Part shown: piece by piece, positions 51,684 to 60,411 of the stretch
How the letters are laid out: each line of letters opens with the position of its first letter
Position numbering within the stretch: position 1 is the stretch's first letter
NCBI GenBank assembly: GCA_964508195.1
Contig: CAZDSH010000001.1
Coordinates: forward strand, 131,351 to 195,350
Direction of reading: 5' to 3'
DNA length: 64,000 bases
Origin: an uncultured Clostridiaceae bacterium
GTDB taxonomy: Bacteria; Bacillota; Clostridia; Ch29
Notes under the pieces: generated by a model
What the model was told of the DNA's origin: nothing
Seen by the model: the letters and a program-made list of their open reading frames with translations, nothing else
Database searches by the model: none
Position numbers and translations under genes: made by a program

Positions 51684-52811
51684 CTATATTCCTAACCATG
51701 GTCTGGGGTTAACTACCTCTCCATCCTTTCTAACCTCGAAGTGCAGGTGCGGCCCTGTGGATACGCCGGTACTTCCCGATAATGCTATGGTCGTCCCTGC
51801 GGCGACAACCGCCCCGACTTTGACCTTAAGGCTCGAATTGTGCGCATAGAGGGTTACTATCCCGCCGCCGTGGTCCACCATCACCGTTTCACCGTATCCG
51901 CCGTAGGTATCGGAATATATTACCCTCCCGGCTCCCGCTGCCACTACTTTTTTGCCCCAGGGAACGCGTATGTCTATGCCGGAATGGAACTTGTTCGTCT
52001 TGTATATGGGATGCAACCGCCATCCGTAGTCCGATGTGATATAAGTATAGCCCGGGGCCGGCCATACAAACTTCCCGCCTACGAATTCGCCGCCCTGGGT
52101 AAGACTAAGTATTGTCTGCGTTATCTGTCTTGAGGTTTCTTCGAGCTCCGCCAACATCTTGTCCAATTCTTTTTCGTCGTTTTTTACCCTGGCTAGGGCA
52201 CTATTCCTGCTGGCAGTAACGGTTTTAATCTCTTCCTTCTGCCTAAGGAGATTGTTTTTAAGGGTTAGCATCTTTATTTCTTTTTCCTTAACTTCGTCCT
52301 CCTTAGCCTGTACTAAATCCCGGTATCCCTTTAGCTCCTCTAGTATGGAGATATCGTAATCCGCAACTTTACTTACAAGATAAAATCGGGAAACAAAATC
52401 CGAAAAACTCTCCGCGTTAAGGAGTACCTCCAGATAGCCGTAGCCGCTGTTTTTATACATAGTTCTGAGCCTTTGTTTATAAAGGTCATCCCTTTTCTCT
52501 AGCTCTTTTTGGGCTTCTTCTAACTCCGCGGCAACCCTTTCTAACTCTTTTCTGGTAGCGTCAATATCCCTTTCTACCCGGCCTAATTGATTCTCCGCCT
52601 CGTTTAATTGGTTGTTCAGCCTTTCTAACTCTTTAATGAGGCTATTTTTCTGCTGTTGGATGTCCTTAAGCTCCCCTTGCCTATCTTGCATCTCCCGTTG
52701 TATTTCCTCAAGTTTTTTTTGTTCCTCTGCGAGGTTTGCATAAACCGCTGTGCTATGTAATAAAACTATTGACGCCGCCACTATTATCGACACTAATCTG
52801 GATTTTCCCAT
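51684..52811 (-). CDS. M23 family peptidoglycan metalloendopeptidase with an N-terminal coiled-coil (EnvC / SpoIIQ-unrelated type).
   Basis: Signal peptide and a long coiled-coil. The C-terminal LytM domain carries HxxxD and HLHFE motifs. Confidence 0.85.
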   Translation of the reverse strand: MGKSRLVSIIVAASIVLLHSTAVYANLAEEQKKLEEIQREMQDRQGELKDIQQQKNSLIKELERLNNQLNEAENQLGRVERDIDATRKELERVAAELEEAQKELEKRDDLYKQRLRTMYKNSGYGYLEVLLNAESFSDFVSRFYLVSKVADYDISILEELKGYRDLVQAKEDEVKEKEIKMLTLKNNLLRQKEEIKTVTASRNSALARVKNDEKELDKMLAELEETSRQITQTILSLTQGGEFVGGKFVWPAPGYTYITSDYGWRLHPIYKTNKFHSGIDIRVPWGKKVVAAGAGRVIYSDTYGGYGETVMVDHGGGIVTLYAHNSSLKVKVGAVVAAGTTIALSGSTGVSTGPHLHFEVRKDGEVVNPRPWLGI

Positions 52812-52989
52812 GCTAAAGACCCCCTGGATACAATGTTCTCCATCCATTTTATATCATAGGGGCCTATTTTGTCATACCCTTTGATGAAAATTTAATATAA
52901 TTGTAACACTTCATAATTATTACAGATTTCCTGTAAATATTTGTACCTCAATTATACTCCGGGTATCCTTAGACCATAGCCCCGCTCCT

Positions 52990-53418
52990 TTACATATCCC
53001 ACAGGGCCAGTTTCGTTGTTTCGTCGTATTTGCGTTCAAGGATCTCCCCCTCAAACTCATTGATTATAACCTCCGCCGCGAAAACAATCGTACCTTCCGC
53101 AAGGTGGCCTCCGAAGCTATGGCCCTTATCGTCCCCGAGCGTTATATGGGCGTGTATGAAGGGTTTACCATCCTTCGTCGTGATGTTCCCCATAAGACTT
53201 AAAACCTCCATGGGCTTTTCAAATAGAATGTCCCTATACTGTCCATTGCTACTATCGTAAAACCCTAATACCGCCCGCTTTACCGCACCGATCATCTGTA
53301 GTTTGCCGCACCTTATATCCTTTTTTGTCACAAATTCCGTTAACCCCTTAAGAAGGTCCGAGCCATGGGGTATGCGGCCTATATGCGTTTTTTTGTAAGC
53401 GTACTCATTCATTGCCAT
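52990..53418 (-). CDS. PPC domain (DUF296) protein.
   Basis: 142 aa with a DUF296-like pattern. TAATG overlap with deoC. Confidence 0.6.
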   Translation of the reverse strand: MAMNEYAYKKTHIGRIPHGSDLLKGLTEFVTKKDIRCGKLQMIGAVKRAVLGFYDSSNGQYRDILFEKPMEVLSLMGNITTKDGKPFIHAHITLGDDKGHSFGGHLAEGTIVFAAEVIINEFEGEILERKYDETTKLALWDM

Positions 53419-54113
53419 TATAAATCCTCCTCCTGATATTTCTGTACGAACTCATGTAATATTCTTATTCCGTTGCTACTTCCTATACGGTTTGCCCCCG
53501 CTTCTACCATGTCTTTAAAAGTTTCAAAGTCCCCTATGCCCCCTGCCGCCTTCACCCCCATATCGGGCCCTATGATTTTTCTGATGAGCTTGACATCGGT
53601 TATAGTTGCCCCTGCGCTGCCAAAGCCCGTAGAGGTTTTAATGAAGTCTGCGCCACTTTCCTTGGCAATATTGCATAATGTCACCTTTTCATCATAGTTA
53701 AGGAAACATGTCTCTATTATCACTTTAACTATCCTGTCCCCCGCAGCCTTTTTTACTTCGATTATTTCCCTCTCTACCCCCTTGTATTCCCTATCCTTTA
53801 CCGCCCCTATATTCACGACCATGTCCAATTCGTGGGCCCCCGTCTCCAGCGCACTTTTGGCCTGATATACCTTTGTATCGCTGCTATCGGCACCTAGGGG
53901 AAAACCTATAACCGTACAAATTTTCACCGGTTTGTTCTCTAAAAGCCGCGCCACCCTTTTAACCCGGCAGGGGTTAACGCAGAGGGCGTAAAACCCTTTA
54001 TCTAGGGCCTCGTTGCACAGCTTTTCGATTTCTCGTCGGTCCGCATCAGCTTTTAACAGCGTATGATCAATAAATTTTGCAACATCCCCGGGCTTTTGAA
54101 AAACGTAAGACAT
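53418..54113 (-). CDS. deoC: Deoxyribose-phosphate aldolase.
   Basis: 231 aa. Catalytic-lysine region FIKTSTGF and the GGIGDFETFKDMVEAGANRIGSS segment. Confidence 0.9.
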   Translation of the reverse strand: MSYVFQKPGDVAKFIDHTLLKADADRREIEKLCNEALDKGFYALCVNPCRVKRVARLLENKPVKICTVIGFPLGADSSDTKVYQAKSALETGAHELDMVVNIGAVKDREYKGVEREIIEVKKAAGDRIVKVIIETCFLNYDEKVTLCNIAKESGADFIKTSTGFGSAGATITDVKLIRKIIGPDMGVKAAGGIGDFETFKDMVEAGANRIGSSNGIRILHEFVQKYQEEDL

Positions 54114-54118
54114 CAGAA

Positions 54119-55543
54119 TTATCGTCTCCTCATATATCTATTTATCATGTCCTGGGTAATAACGCTACCGGATAAGATACCGGGCTGTGTACCGGGTTTT
54201 GAAAGGCCCTTTATCTCCTTACGAAGTTCCGTTATCTGTGATTCTAATGTATCGAACCTGTCCTTTACACCCTGTTTCATAGCCTCTATTTCCGCCTTCA
54301 ATTCTTCAACCCCATAACCCTTCGTTAGCGGAGCCTCCCCCCCGTTATTATCCTTTTCGTAGGCATCATCATAGTTTCCTATACCGGACTCCCCTCCCTC
54401 AGCCGTAGTGTACCCATGCCGTGCCTTCGATCCATGGCCATTTTCAACCCCGTCCGCCGCAGGCGGTATAGCCAGCTTTATCCTTTCAACGGATCTATGC
54501 AGGAAGGGGATATGAATATCCGGTGGGGAGGTGGCTATTAGTTTCTTTGCATTTAACAGCAGCGAATAGGTACCGTCAAAACCGTAGATCTCTAATTCCC
54601 TACCCCGGGTATGGTGATAATATTTAACCTGACCCCAACTATCGCCCCCGTCATAGGAGGCACGATATCCTAAACTTCCCGCTTCAACCCAGGCTATGTA
54701 AAGGGTATTACGCCTGCTTATTAAAACCGGACCTTCCTCTATATGCCCCGCCTCGATTATCAACTGGGGGTGCATAACATCTATACGCCGAACATCCCTT
54801 ACAAAGAATACGCCCTCGTCATTCCGTAACATTATGGAGCCCTCCCGGAACTCCATATACATTGTCTTTTCCCAGGTACTGTTATCCTTTGTTGCGGATA
54901 ATGTCCACTGGGTACCGTCAAAGTCCCATAACAAAAGGGTACCATTATTTATAGCGGCTATTTTTAGGCCATTATTTTTCCCGATATCCCTATCATAGCA
55001 TATATCTTTAACCCTGTCGGGCATATCGAATACCCTATAGCCCACCCATTCGGTACCGGTCCATTGGTGATGAAAAAGTGCGCAGCCGCCACCCTTTTCG
55101 GAATATACATAAAAAAGGTGCAGACCACCGGATGCCTTCATTATTTTCAGATTGGATATACTGACGGGTTTTCCGGCAAAGTCGTATAGGGTATATCTCA
55201 CCCAACCTTTAAAATCATGGCGGCTGTAGACTACCCGCTGTCCCGCAGTTAGGGCTACTACATGGATATCATCCCGATCATCAATTATTATATCATATTC
55301 CGTAACGGTTTCGTCCATTATTAGATGCCCCGCCTCGGATGCGCCCCTACTCCGGCTTACTACATAGCCGGTTCTGCCCGAGGCCAAGGGATAGAACAGC
55401 CATGCGTTTCTTTTGCTGTCGATAACTATCTTTTTTTCGTATACGCCCTCGATCAAAATATCACCCCCCATAAAAATATATGCCCAGTTAGGACAATTAG
55501 AAGAAACACATATTGATAGATGCACCAAAAACATGCCTGCCAC
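54119..55543 (-). CDS. Hypothetical protein of 474 aa. It has repeated Trp-rich beta-strand motifs and a C-terminal disordered, coiled-coil, basic tail.
   Basis: Long ORF tightly coupled to deoC (5-nt gap). No family is recognised. Start uncertain (GTG at 55543 or a downstream ATG). Confidence 0.5.
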   Translation of the reverse strand: MAGMFLVHLSICVSSNCPNWAYIFMGGDILIEGVYEKKIVIDSKRNAWLFYPLASGRTGYVVSRSRGASEAGHLIMDETVTEYDIIIDDRDDIHVVALTAGQRVVYSRHDFKGWVRYTLYDFAGKPVSISNLKIMKASGGLHLFYVYSEKGGGCALFHHQWTGTEWVGYRVFDMPDRVKDICYDRDIGKNNGLKIAAINNGTLLLWDFDGTQWTLSATKDNSTWEKTMYMEFREGSIMLRNDEGVFFVRDVRRIDVMHPQLIIEAGHIEEGPVLISRRNTLYIAWVEAGSLGYRASYDGGDSWGQVKYYHHTRGRELEIYGFDGTYSLLLNAKKLIATSPPDIHIPFLHRSVERIKLAIPPAADGVENGHGSKARHGYTTAEGGESGIGNYDDAYEKDNNGGEAPLTKGYGVEELKAEIEAMKQGVKDRFDTLESQITELRKEIKGLSKPGTQPGILSGSVITQDMINRYMRRR

Positions 55544-55601
55544 ATATATTACTACTGCAACGAGGATATTTATCTAATTATGTAAGAAAGGAGTTGAATA
55601 T

Positions 55602-56279
55602 ATGTCTTTCTATACTGCTGCCAGCAGGGAAAATGAAAACTGCCCCGGGCTTGTGGCCGGCGGCCAGGGCGCCCTCGGGGTACGGGAAAGGGTTTGCGTA
55701 CAAGTAAAGAAAGTATATGATGCATGTTTACAGCAGTTGGTCCTCGAGGATGAGAGGGTAGTAATATGCCCTACGGGGGGACCTTTTACAAGGCCTTTAA
55801 GTTTTGTTAAATGTAGAAGCATAAAATCTAAAGGGGTTATAAAAAACCTAAAAATTAATAAGATAAGGGATCGTCGTCATTTTGCAAGGGTAAGGGGAAA
55901 TGTGGAGGTACCTATTATCGTTGAATTCGTTGATGCCAATGGAGTTAAGGGTACGGGTACTGCGGTGATAACCGTTCGTAAGGATGTGGTACTCTTTGTA
56001 CCTAGGGATTCTATTATCCCCTTCGAGGTAGAAGCGATGGTAGGCGCCACCTGTGCAGATGGTACATTCCTTAATGATTTCAGGTTTAGACTAGACCTTT
56101 GCATTACAGTAATAATGAAGGTAATCGCGGAAGTAGAACTTTTGATCCCCGCTTATGGTTTTTGTTTCATACCCCCCTGCGAGGAATTCGCCGAAGCTAT
56201 ATGCACAGAATTTTTTGGACTTCCGTTGTTCCCTCCACAGTTAGAAGATATCCGGCGTAGACAAGACCATTGTAACTAA
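55602..56279 (+). CDS. Hypothetical Cys-rich protein of 225 aa.
   Basis: AAAGGAG ribosome-binding site 7 nt upstream of the ATG. Multiple CxxC-like cysteines. Divergent from the 474-aa gene. A strong terminator follows. Confidence 0.55.
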   Translation: MSFYTAASRENENCPGLVAGGQGALGVRERVCVQVKKVYDACLQQLVLEDERVVICPTGGPFTRPLSFVKCRSIKSKGVIKNLKINKIRDRRHFARVRGNVEVPIIVEFVDANGVKGTGTAVITVRKDVVLFVPRDSIIPFEVEAMVGATCADGTFLNDFRFRLDLCITVIMKVIAEVELLIPAYGFCFIPPCEEFAEAICTEFFGLPLFPPQLEDIRRRQDHCN

Positions 56280-56282
56280 AAT

Positions 56283-56314
56283 AACCCCCTGGCCCCTTAT
56301 AAAGCCAGGGGGTT
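56283..56314 (+). terminator. Convergent, bidirectional terminator.
   Basis: Perfect 11-bp stem AACCCCCTGGC/GCCAGGGGGTT with a 10-nt loop. It is shared by the plus-strand hypothetical gene and the minus-strand cobO-like gene. Confidence 0.7.
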
Positions 56315-56397
56315 ATCTTCTATACCCGGTTGCCATCCTTTTTAAGATTGAATATCAAAAGGGCGGGCCCGGGGATTTTATCGCTTCGATCTTACTA

Positions 56398-56913
56398 TTA
56401 TTTTTCTATACCGATTCTGGCCTGAACACCTTCGTTATAATAATGTTTTATCTCCTTTACCTCACTTATAAGGTCAGCCTTTTCAAGGAGCTCCCGGGGT
56501 GCTTTGCGTCCCGTGAATACGAGCTCAACTCCTTCGGGCCTTTCATCTATCAATCCTAAGAAATCTTCCACGGGTATAAGGCCAAAATGTACTGCAATAC
56601 TCGCCTCATCCAATATCACCACATCGTAATTCCCTGACATTATCACCTTTTTTATGTCTATAAACCCCTCCCTAGCGGCTTCAATATCCTCAGCGTCGGG
56701 CTTTTTTTCTATAAAACAACCTCGGCCGTATTGCTTAACGATGATGTCGGGGTAGAACCTTTTTAGAGCATTGAGTTCGCTATAGTGCATGCCCTTAACA
56801 AACTGTCCGATAAAAACGTTATACCCCGCCCCTACCGCCCTGATTGCAAGCCCTATAGCCGCCGTTGTTTTACCCTTCCCGTCACCGGTGTAGACCTGTA
56901 CATAACCTCTCAT
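56398..56913 (-). CDS. cobO: Cob(I)yrinic acid a,c-diamide adenosyltransferase (CobO/BtuR family).
   Basis: MRGYVQVYTGDGKGKTTAAIGLA P-loop and family pattern. AAAGGGGAA ribosome-binding site before the second ATG. Confidence 0.85.
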   Translation of the reverse strand: MRGYVQVYTGDGKGKTTAAIGLAIRAVGAGYNVFIGQFVKGMHYSELNALKRFYPDIIVKQYGRGCFIEKKPDAEDIEAAREGFIDIKKVIMSGNYDVVILDEASIAVHFGLIPVEDFLGLIDERPEGVELVFTGRKAPRELLEKADLISEVKEIKHYYNEGVQARIGIEK

Positions 56914-57252
56914 AGAAATTCCCCTTTCATACAACATTTCAATGTTTTTAATATTTTGTTATCAATAGTAGCCGACCTTGGACCCTTCGGCCCTATTCCC
57001 AGGATAAACCCTTTGCGGGCCGTACGCCGCATCCTGCTGTTACCATCGTCATAGCTGCACCCTATTTGTTACCTTAGCCATGATTTGCCCTGCCGTTACT
57101 ATAATCATAACCGCGCTCCTTTGATTATATTTAATATATTCTATAACCCCGCTAAATTCAAACATAAGCGCTAGTTTAATGGAATCATCCTTCCTAATCG
57201 TATGGGAGGGGGTATATATTACCTAGGTTCCGTAGACTGTTAGTATACAATA

Positions 57253-57269
57253 AATCAATAATATTGATT
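57253..57269 (+). promoter_or_regulatory. 17-bp perfect palindrome AATCAATA-A-TATTGATT, a candidate operator. A second TATTGATT half-site lies 21 bp downstream.
   Basis: Read directly from the sequence. It is located 28 bp upstream of a consensus -35 element. Confidence 0.5.
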
Positions 57270-57296
57270 ATACTATTAATATTATTGATTTATATA

Positions 57297-57324
57297 TTGA
57301 CATATTTAATGTTTCGTGTATAAT
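57297..57324 (+). promoter_or_regulatory. Consensus sigma-A promoter (TTGACA-16-TATAAT) for the DUF2089 operon.
   Basis: Perfect -35 and -10 hexamers with a 16-nt spacer. An AAGGAGG ribosome-binding site and a TTG start follow 34 nt downstream. Confidence 0.7.
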
Positions 57325-57357
57325 ATTGTTAAAAGTTTAAATAAAGGAGGCATAGTT

Positions 57358-57723
57358 TTGAAAGAGGCCCTGGGCAAGTGTCCCGTTTGCGAAAAGGATT
57401 TGACGATAACGAGATTACATTGCAGCCATTGTAATACCACTATAGAAGGTAATTTTTCGTTATGTAAATACTGCAGACTCACGGAAAAGCAAAAACAGTT
57501 CATCGAGGCCTTCATAAAATGTAGGGGCAATATTAAGGAGGTGGAAAAGGACCTCGGGATCTCATACCCCACGGTTAGGGGCAGATTAGATGATGTCATC
57601 ACCGCCCTAGGGTATTCCATTAAGGAAACCGAAAAGGATAAAAACAAAAAAGAGATCCTTAACATGTTAAGCCGAGGGGAGATCAGCCACGATGAAGCGA
57701 TAAGGCTTATGCAAGGGGAATAA
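57358..57723 (+). CDS. DUF2089 family protein (zinc ribbon plus HTH).
   Basis: CPVCEKDL...CSHCNTTIEG (a four-Cys ribbon) and a C-terminal HTH-like region. TTG start with a perfect AAGGAGG Shine-Dalgarno. The ORF track starts at 57316 in the same frame. Confidence 0.65.
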   Translation: MKEALGKCPVCEKDLTITRLHCSHCNTTIEGNFSLCKYCRLTEKQKQFIEAFIKCRGNIKEVEKDLGISYPTVRGRLDDVITALGYSIKETEKDKNKKEILNMLSRGEISHDEAIRLMQGE

Positions 57724-58151
57724 TGGAGTATCAAGGTACAAAAATCCCATTTAGAAGGGAGAGACGTATTATGAAAGAAGAAATGAAACAAATACTTAAA
57801 ATGATCGAAGAAGGCAAAATTACTGCGGAGCAGGGTATACAACTTATGGAGGCCGGCGGCTTCGACGATGAAGGCAGCATCTCCGAACACAGGGCTGTCG
57901 GTAAATCCAGATGGCTTAGGATAAGGATTTATGACGTACAAACGAACAGGCGAAAGGTAAATATAGGGGTTCCCCTAGCTCTGATATCCGTGGGCTTAAA
58001 GCTAGGCATGAAGTTCGGGTTAGACCGGGAAGAGCTTGAGGGGTTCAACTTCGAAGAAATTATTCAGATGATAGAATCCGGCGAAGAGGGTACTTTAGTC
58101 GATGTAGTAGACGAAAAACAGGGGGACAGAGTCGAAATTTTTGTTGAATAG
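57723..58151 (+). CDS. Hypothetical protein with an N-terminal SHOCT-like helix pair. Translationally coupled to the DUF2089 gene.
   Basis: TAATGG stop/start overlap. EEMKQILKMIEEGKITAEQGIQLMEA resembles the SHOCT motif. Acidic C-terminus. Confidence 0.5.
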   Translation: MEYQGTKIPFRRERRIMKEEMKQILKMIEEGKITAEQGIQLMEAGGFDDEGSISEHRAVGKSRWLRIRIYDVQTNRRKVNIGVPLALISVGLKLGMKFGLDREELEGFNFEEIIQMIESGEEGTLVDVVDEKQGDRVEIFVE

Positions 58152-58190
58152 CCCGCCGTTTCCGGTAGGCTATTCAACAAAATGTAATAT

Positions 58191-59708
58191 TTAGAACCAT
58201 TCTCCTTTTATGAGGTCCTTTGCATCATGGGTTAGGGGTATAAGATCGTCCCTGGATAAATAGGATATATCAAACTTACGATTTAGGGCTGCAAAGTGTT
58301 TGATACCGAAGGCGATCTTGTTTAAATAGGAGAAAACCCCAACGGCGCCTAGGGAGAAATCCTTGGCCTTTTTACCGTATATAGCCCTTAAATCGGCTAG
58401 GTCACCGTATATCTCCTCTACGGTGTTCCCGTATTTTTTAAAAATCTTCGGCACGTTCCCGTTTTTTATCCTATGCCCTATACTTTTACCGGTCATGGCG
58501 GCGGTCATAGCCGCACGGCACAGGCCTACCGCCGTGACTGTTCCATTGCCATAGGCTAGGGCTTTAAATACCTGATCCTCTGAGCTAAATCCGCCGGTAA
58601 TAGTAATAGCGGGTATCCAATGGCCCTTGGCTTTTAGTTTATTTACAATACTGCAAACAACGTCCTCCATCACTATCGTCGGCAGGCCCCATTCGTTCAT
58701 CATTTCACTAGGACTGTATCCACTACCGCCGCCGGCGCCGTCAAAGGTAATCATATCCGCCTGGGCTTCACTTCCGATTAGTATAACCCTTTCGAGGTCC
58801 TTTACGTCGTACCCGGCCATTTTGAAATATATATTCTTTATGCCGAGGTTACGTAACTGTTCTATACGGGGTAGCAAATAGTCCTCATCCCATAGGGGTA
58901 GCCTTCCATAGGAATAAAAGTTCGGACATAACCCGTCTTCGTATGCCTTGATAGTTTCGGGGTTTAGAGGGTCCGGTAATATTAATTCGCCCATTTCTAG
59001 GTGTTTTAAAGCCTGTTTTCGATCTTTCATTTTAACCACCGGTTGGGTACCCTTCGCCCCCTGGCCAAACTTAAACTCTATCGCCTCTAGCCCGTGTTCT
59101 TTTATCGCATACTCGGGCAGACCGAGCATATCGTCTTCGACGTTGCACTGTAATACGATCTGACCGTAGCCCCTATAATATTTACGAAAGGCATCGAGCA
59201 TAGCCCCTAGGGCGGAAAATTCCACTATTTTACCCTTTTCTATCTTTAGATTCGGATCCTTTGTTCTGGCCGCCTCGCCTATTACGCATACCACGCCGGC
59301 CATTGCCGCCCCGCCGAAGTAATCCTCCCAGTTTAGTTTTATAAGAGCCGGCAAAATAACTGGCATAGTCAGTTTAATAGGATGAAACTTTCCAAACTCC
59401 CTTTCTAATTTGACATGGTATATAGTCGCTTTTTCATAGTCCTCCTCGGCGCCGATGGCACCGAAAACCCGTCCGTTAACATTAAAATGTGAAAAATCTA
59501 TGGGATAATCCTTCTCCGATGCCACTTGATTGGCACCGGTGTTCGTCGGGTATACGGTCTGCGCGCCTAGGACCGCTCCTAGGGCGATTTCGCAAGTTCC
59601 TTCGCATTCTTCGGTACAAAAGGAACACATCCCCGATTGTGGTGAGATATGGCGACTCCTAAGATATGTATCATTAAACGCAGAGGATAATTTAGGTGAA
59701 TAGGTCAT
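58191..59708 (-). CDS. FMN-binding glutamate synthase family protein (GltS FMN-domain homolog, YerD-like).
   Basis: DGAGGGSGYSP and TGGFSSEDQVFKALAYGNGTV motifs of the GltS FMN domain. N-terminal Cys cluster CSFCTEECEGTC. Confidence 0.7.
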   Translation of the reverse strand: MTYSPKLSSAFNDTYLRSRHISPQSGMCSFCTEECEGTCEIALGAVLGAQTVYPTNTGANQVASEKDYPIDFSHFNVNGRVFGAIGAEEDYEKATIYHVKLEREFGKFHPIKLTMPVILPALIKLNWEDYFGGAAMAGVVCVIGEAARTKDPNLKIEKGKIVEFSALGAMLDAFRKYYRGYGQIVLQCNVEDDMLGLPEYAIKEHGLEAIEFKFGQGAKGTQPVVKMKDRKQALKHLEMGELILPDPLNPETIKAYEDGLCPNFYSYGRLPLWDEDYLLPRIEQLRNLGIKNIYFKMAGYDVKDLERVILIGSEAQADMITFDGAGGGSGYSPSEMMNEWGLPTIVMEDVVCSIVNKLKAKGHWIPAITITGGFSSEDQVFKALAYGNGTVTAVGLCRAAMTAAMTGKSIGHRIKNGNVPKIFKKYGNTVEEIYGDLADLRAIYGKKAKDFSLGAVGVFSYLNKIAFGIKHFAALNRKFDISYLSRDDLIPLTHDAKDLIKGEWF

Positions 59709-59756
59709 ACCCGCCCCCTCCTTATTTTATATTTTATAATTTAAACAACTGCACCT

Positions 59757-60350
59757 TCACGTATTTCGTTCCTCGATGCAGTTGATAAACTCCCCTTCGG
59801 TTATTATAAAATCCACGGGCCAATCCGTAGGCTCTACAGGCACCCTATGGATGATCTGACATCCATAGGCAAGGCCGACGCTGGGTATATCTTCCCTTAG
59901 TTTTTTTAATTCATCAAAAAATCTATCATAATAACCGCCGCCGTAGCCTAGCCTAAAGCCTAGCCTATCAAAGGCCACCCCGGGTACCAAAACTATATCG
60001 AGCTCCTCCCGGGGAAAGGGCCTTAAATATTCACGCAACGGTTCCGGTACGTTGTAGGTACCCGAACCTAACTCCTTTTTTGGATCCTTTAATTCAGATA
60101 AAAGTAGCCTACGGGTTTCTTTTATACATACTGGCACCACGACTCTTTTACCCGTCGACAGGCAATGCTCTATTAAGGGTAGCGTCTCTACTTCGTTTCT
60201 AAAGGCTACGTAGGCCATTATGTTGACGGCCTGTTCAAAGGCTTCCCACTGCAATAGCCGCTCTTTAATACGGCGGCTATGATCCTGCCCTTGCCCCGGG
60301 GATATATTTTGTCTTAATTCCAATACTTCCCCCCTTAGCCTTTGTTTCAT
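59757..60350 (-). CDS. 5-formyltetrahydrofolate cyclo-ligase.
   Basis: About 197 aa. Conserved C-terminal motif LVPGVAFDRLGFRLGYGGGYYDRF. Confidence 0.85.
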   Translation of the reverse strand: MKQRLRGEVLELRQNISPGQGQDHSRRIKERLLQWEAFEQAVNIMAYVAFRNEVETLPLIEHCLSTGKRVVVPVCIKETRRLLLSELKDPKKELGSGTYNVPEPLREYLRPFPREELDIVLVPGVAFDRLGFRLGYGGGYYDRFFDELKKLREDIPSVGLAYGCQIIHRVPVEPTDWPVDFIITEGEFINCIEERNT

Positions 60351-60411
60351 CCGTCTTGTTGCCCCCTTCATACTCGGTTTTGTATCCCTAAGCGAATCAT
60401 CGCCCCTTGAG

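Noticed and set aside
56940-57060. Cobalamin riboswitch call upstream of cobO.
   Set aside because: Only fragments (GGTGC, CCCGC, GGGAA) could be matched by eye. The B12 box and the consensus order could not be aligned. It is reported as a candidate in the findings rather than called as a feature.
57306-57941. 211-aa minus-strand ORF spanning the DUF2089 operon.
   Set aside because: It is antisense to two plus-strand genes that have a consensus promoter, ribosome-binding site and coupling. Its translation is low-complexity and Phe/Leu-rich.
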